Virus record (IMG/VR): IMGVR_UViG_3300028903_000004
Span: 32,001-96,000 of that record
Source of the DNA: a virus
Lineage: Duplodnaviria; Caudoviricetes
DNA: 64,000 nt
Strand: one strand, 5' to 3'
The notes under the pieces are model-generated. The model was not told the origin of the DNA. It ran no database searches and was given only the letters and a program-made list of their open reading frames with translations. Position numbers and translations under genes: made by a program. How positions within the stretch are numbered: position 1 is the stretch's first letter; every line of letters starts with the position of its first letter. This document shows, in pieces, positions 61,093 through 64,000 of this stretch.

Positions 61093-61825
61093 TTATTGTT
61101 TTCCATCCGTTACGTTTGCAATATTGGCAAATTTCACTTCTTAAATTTAAGTGATTTCCTTTTCGCCAAGATGCATTATTATCACTACCAACAGAACGAG
61201 CAATTGTAGGTTCTGTACACCAAATATCTTTTCTTGTAGCTGGGTGTGGTGGAACAAAAGTCTTGATATTTCCATATTTTTGAGCTAGATATGAAAACAT
61301 AATATCTTCACCGTTATCAAATGTAGGGAATTTTTCATACCATAAATATTTTCCCCATTCTTGTTTAAAAAACCAAGCATGACCTACTAAATCTACTTCA
61401 ATTGTCTTATCGCTTTGAACGCCATTCCAACCTACTTTGACATGAGGAAAGTAATCACCATTTTGATTTATCAAAATCCCGCTACCACCCAATATTCCGC
61501 AAGTTTCTGGTTTGTTAATAGTATCTAAACAATTTTTAAACCAGTTTGGTTGTGGGAGTATATCATCATCAAAAACTGCAACATATTCAGTTGTAAGTAT
61601 TGGAATAATTGTAAAACGTCCCCAAAATTTGGTATTCCAATTGCATTTATATGTTTTAATTTTTTTATTTTCTGGTGAAAATTGTTCAATTTCTACATCA
61701 TCTGGGGTATTATACCATACATGAATATTTTCAGGTTTTATTGTTACTGTTTGCTTTAAAACAGAATTTATTTGTTTTTCAAGCATTTCTGGTCGTTTAT
61801 AAACATTTAAAATAACACTTATCAT
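61076..61825 (-). CDS. glycosyltransferase family 2
   Basis: ISVILNVYKR, VFDDDILP, VDLVGH, GEDI. Confidence 0.85.
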   Translation of the reverse strand: MISVILNVYKRPEMLEKQINSVLKQTVTIKPENIHVWYNTPDDVEIEQFSPENKKIKTYKCNWNTKFWGRFTIIPILTTEYVAVFDDDILPQPNWFKNCLDTINKPETCGILGGSGILINQNGDYFPHVKVGWNGVQSDKTIEVDLVGHAWFFKQEWGKYLWYEKFPTFDNGEDIMFSYLAQKYGNIKTFVPPHPATRKDIWCTEPTIARSVGSDNNASWRKGNHLNLRSEICQYCKRNGWKTINGIHG

Positions 61826-63396
61826 ATTTTAGGATTATAATCAATTAAATAATTTCTTATTTTAGTAAAATCTAATCCATAGATTTCATTGTTTTCAATA
61901 TCAATTATATTTGAAAACTTAAAACTATTGATATCTGATATTCCAAAATCAGATTTTAAATCAATACAAACTCCGTTGACGTCAAAACACGACACATTTA
62001 ATTCTTTTAAATTAAAATTCTGAATTGATTGAATATTCTTTGTTAAATTTTTATCCAATCGACTATTGATTTCTAAAGAACCCCATGGTTTCCAATCTAG
62101 TAAACCCAGTAATTTTTTTGACATAAATCTACCAACGCCAGTCGGTTCACCCACTCTACCAGTTTCATAACCAGCCCAATAGCAGAGATATTTTTTAGTT
62201 AAAAAATAGATATCAGTTATCCCACCATAATCATAATCATTATTAATTAAATAATCATAATGGTAGAAAAACTCCACTGATAATATACTATCAGAATCAA
62301 TTTTAATACATGCATCTGGATTAAAAAGTTTGGCTTTTTGATATAAAAAATTTTGTTTTTGGGATAAAGGGGTGTTTGGATATTCATAATAAATAAACCC
62401 ATTTTTTTCAGCTATTTTTTTTGATTCTTCTCCTTCGGAACCACAGCATAATAATATGACTTCGATTTTATCTTTCAGTTCATTTCTTAATTGATTATAA
62501 TGACCTAAAACAAAATCGCTAATTTCATGTCGTTTATATATCGGTATACAAACAGCAATTTTATTCATAGCGATTATTTTTTGAACTTTTCTAAAACTAT
62601 AATTCATTTGAGAATCATGTTCACCATGTATTACCAATGTTTTTTTTACGTGAAACATCGAATACCCCATGTTATGTAATCGTTTTGAAATATTATTCCC
62701 AACACCAGAGCTAGCATTTTTATTTCTTTCCCATAAATTTGGATTTATGGCATCAATCCTAAATTCTAGTGCTTCAAAAAAATTTCTTTCAGCTATAAAA
62801 CACAAATCATTAAATTGAGTTTTATACACATCTTCTAGTTCCACAATCTCAAATCCAGTCCAACTAGCAAATTTTGTGGTTTTAGTTGAATTTGCTATTA
62901 ATAGATTTAGGCATATTTTCTTATTATCATTGATATTATTAAATTTTGTTATTGCTTTGTTAAAGAAATCATCTATAAGTCTAACATCATCTGGTAAATA
63001 GATAAAATATTTTGAATTTATATTTTTGCAAAAATTCATAGTATCAGAAATCAATTTCCAATATTGTTTTTTACCATGATTTTTTGAGTATCTATTATAA
63101 ACAATATTCAATCTATTTTCATATTCTGTTAAATCCAATATGTTATCACTGCAATCGTCAAATATTCCAATAATAATCTTAAGGTCTGAAGAATTTTTAA
63201 TAATATCATCCAGCAATTTTTTTAACATTATTTCCCTGTTGAAGGTAGTAATAACAATACATATATCATAAGTAGAATCATTAGGTGTTAAAGGCGTGAC
63301 AGTATTTAATATTTCTTTTAATTCAATTGGTCCTGCCTCCTTTTTATTAGCAAATCGGCTCCATTTATTTCTAATATAGCCATCTTTTTTAGACAT
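61822..63396 (-). CDS. tandem two-domain GT-A glycosyltransferase
   Basis: IVITTFNR...FDDCS...YLPDD, then IAVCIPIYKR...KIDSD. Confidence 0.8.
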   Translation of the reverse strand: MSKKDGYIRNKWSRFANKKEAGPIELKEILNTVTPLTPNDSTYDICIVITTFNREIMLKKLLDDIIKNSSDLKIIIGIFDDCSDNILDLTEYENRLNIVYNRYSKNHGKKQYWKLISDTMNFCKNINSKYFIYLPDDVRLIDDFFNKAITKFNNINDNKKICLNLLIANSTKTTKFASWTGFEIVELEDVYKTQFNDLCFIAERNFFEALEFRIDAINPNLWERNKNASSGVGNNISKRLHNMGYSMFHVKKTLVIHGEHDSQMNYSFRKVQKIIAMNKIAVCIPIYKRHEISDFVLGHYNQLRNELKDKIEVILLCCGSEGEESKKIAEKNGFIYYEYPNTPLSQKQNFLYQKAKLFNPDACIKIDSDSILSVEFFYHYDYLINNDYDYGGITDIYFLTKKYLCYWAGYETGRVGEPTGVGRFMSKKLLGLLDWKPWGSLEINSRLDKNLTKNIQSIQNFNLKELNVSCFDVNGVCIDLKSDFGISDINSFKFSNIIDIENNEIYGLDFTKIRNYLIDYNPKI

Positions 63397-63502
63397 ATCA
63401 ACATTTTTTGTTTTTATTTTTTTTATTTTTAATAGTAAAAGTTAATTTTCTATCATTTTTACCAGTACCACCTTTCATTGGTTTAGCTACCATAAAAATA
63501 AA

Positions 63503-64000
63503 TTATAAAGTATTATATGCTAATATATAAGTATCAATTGTTTTTTTAATATGACTATCTAAATCAAAAATTGATAGGTCTTCTGGTACTGGATGAAATT
63601 CAGAACTAATTATTTCACCTAATTTATCTACGATATAAATGATTGCAGGTTTACCACATAGAAATCCTTCAATAGTTGTTCTACCTAAAAAAATACCAGC
63701 TGTTTCATCACATTTATAATAAAATTCTTCTATCTTTTCTGTAGGAGGAAAATATTTTACGTGTTCATTAGCTCTACTTAATGCATTACCATATCCATCA
63801 GTATCTTTTCCAACTAACCATAATTCTTTATTTGATTCTTGACATTTAATTACTAAATCTTCTATCGCTTTACGTCTTAAATAATCCATAGTCCCAACAA
63901 ATAAAGTAACTTTTCTATTTGTTCCACTAGGTAATGTTTTTTTCTTGAATCTATTCATATCAAAAGCATTATAGATAATATCAATCTTATCTTCTGGTAT
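63503..64000 (-). CDS. glycosyltransferase (GT4-like), 5' end outside window
   Basis: LFVG, GRTTIEG.LCGKP; frame runs off the window edge. Confidence 0.75.
   Translation of the reverse strand: MPEDKIDIIYNAFDMNRFKKKTLPSGTNRKVTLFVGTMDYLRRKAIEDLVIKCQESNKELWLVGKDTDGYGNALSRANEHVKYFPPTEKIEEFYYKCDETAGIFLGRTTIEGFLCGKPAIIYIVDKLGEIISSEFHPVPEDLSIFDLDSHIKKTIDTYILAYNTL

Noticed and set aside
1-64000. Stop-codon reassignment as in some large Bacteroidota phages
   Set aside because: Core genes (terminase, portal, MCP, ClpC, ThyA) are full length in the standard code, and TAA, TAG and TGA all occur as genuine stops.
1-64000. tRNA genes, CRISPR arrays, rRNA
   Set aside because: No cloverleaf or T-loop signature and no regularly spaced repeats seen; GC-rich intergenic hairpins are explained as terminators. 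A tRNAscan run would be needed to be certain.

Overview
A very AT-rich, densely coding segment of a large T4-like (jumbo) tailed phage, read with the standard genetic code. The host is most likely a Bacteroidota bacterium: about 11 TTTG-N20-TAnnTTTG promoters, no Shine-Dalgarno sequences, a Bacteroidota-style lipoprotein and an ECF sigma factor. Left (1-28 kb): accessory and early genes. These include a GANTC-type DNA methyltransferase with a truncated cognate restriction enzyme, a PcfJ-like gene, YqeY, ECF sigma, CYTH, Pth2, ADP-ribosylglycohydrolase, a heptosyltransferase-like GT, an LRR protein, YkuK RNase H-like, ABC-ATPase/GNAT, lysozyme-like, ClpC, KTSC, ThyA and a nucleotidyltransferase. 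Middle (28-45 kb): head module with terminase, portal, intein-containing prohead protease, scaffold and gp23-like major capsid protein. Right (45-64 kb, minus strand): baseplate-like structural genes, a gp55-like sigma factor, PhoH and a glycosyltransferase/methyltransferase cluster. Most notable observations: (1) a textbook -1 ribosomal frameshift cassette (A_AAT_TTT, 6-nt spacer, perfect 11-bp stem) fusing the ABC ATPase to a GNAT/Mom-like acetyltransferase; (2) a phage late-promoter motif ATATTTAT driving unrelated cargo proteins that share short N-terminal leaders ending in Glu, suggesting a capsid-targeting/injected-effector system; (3) a 16-bp perfect inverted repeat bracketing one gene between its promoter and terminator; (4) a miniature paralogue of the major capsid protein among early genes; (5) an A11 frameshift in a head-region gene. 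All functional calls come from motif recognition by eye; no database search was run.
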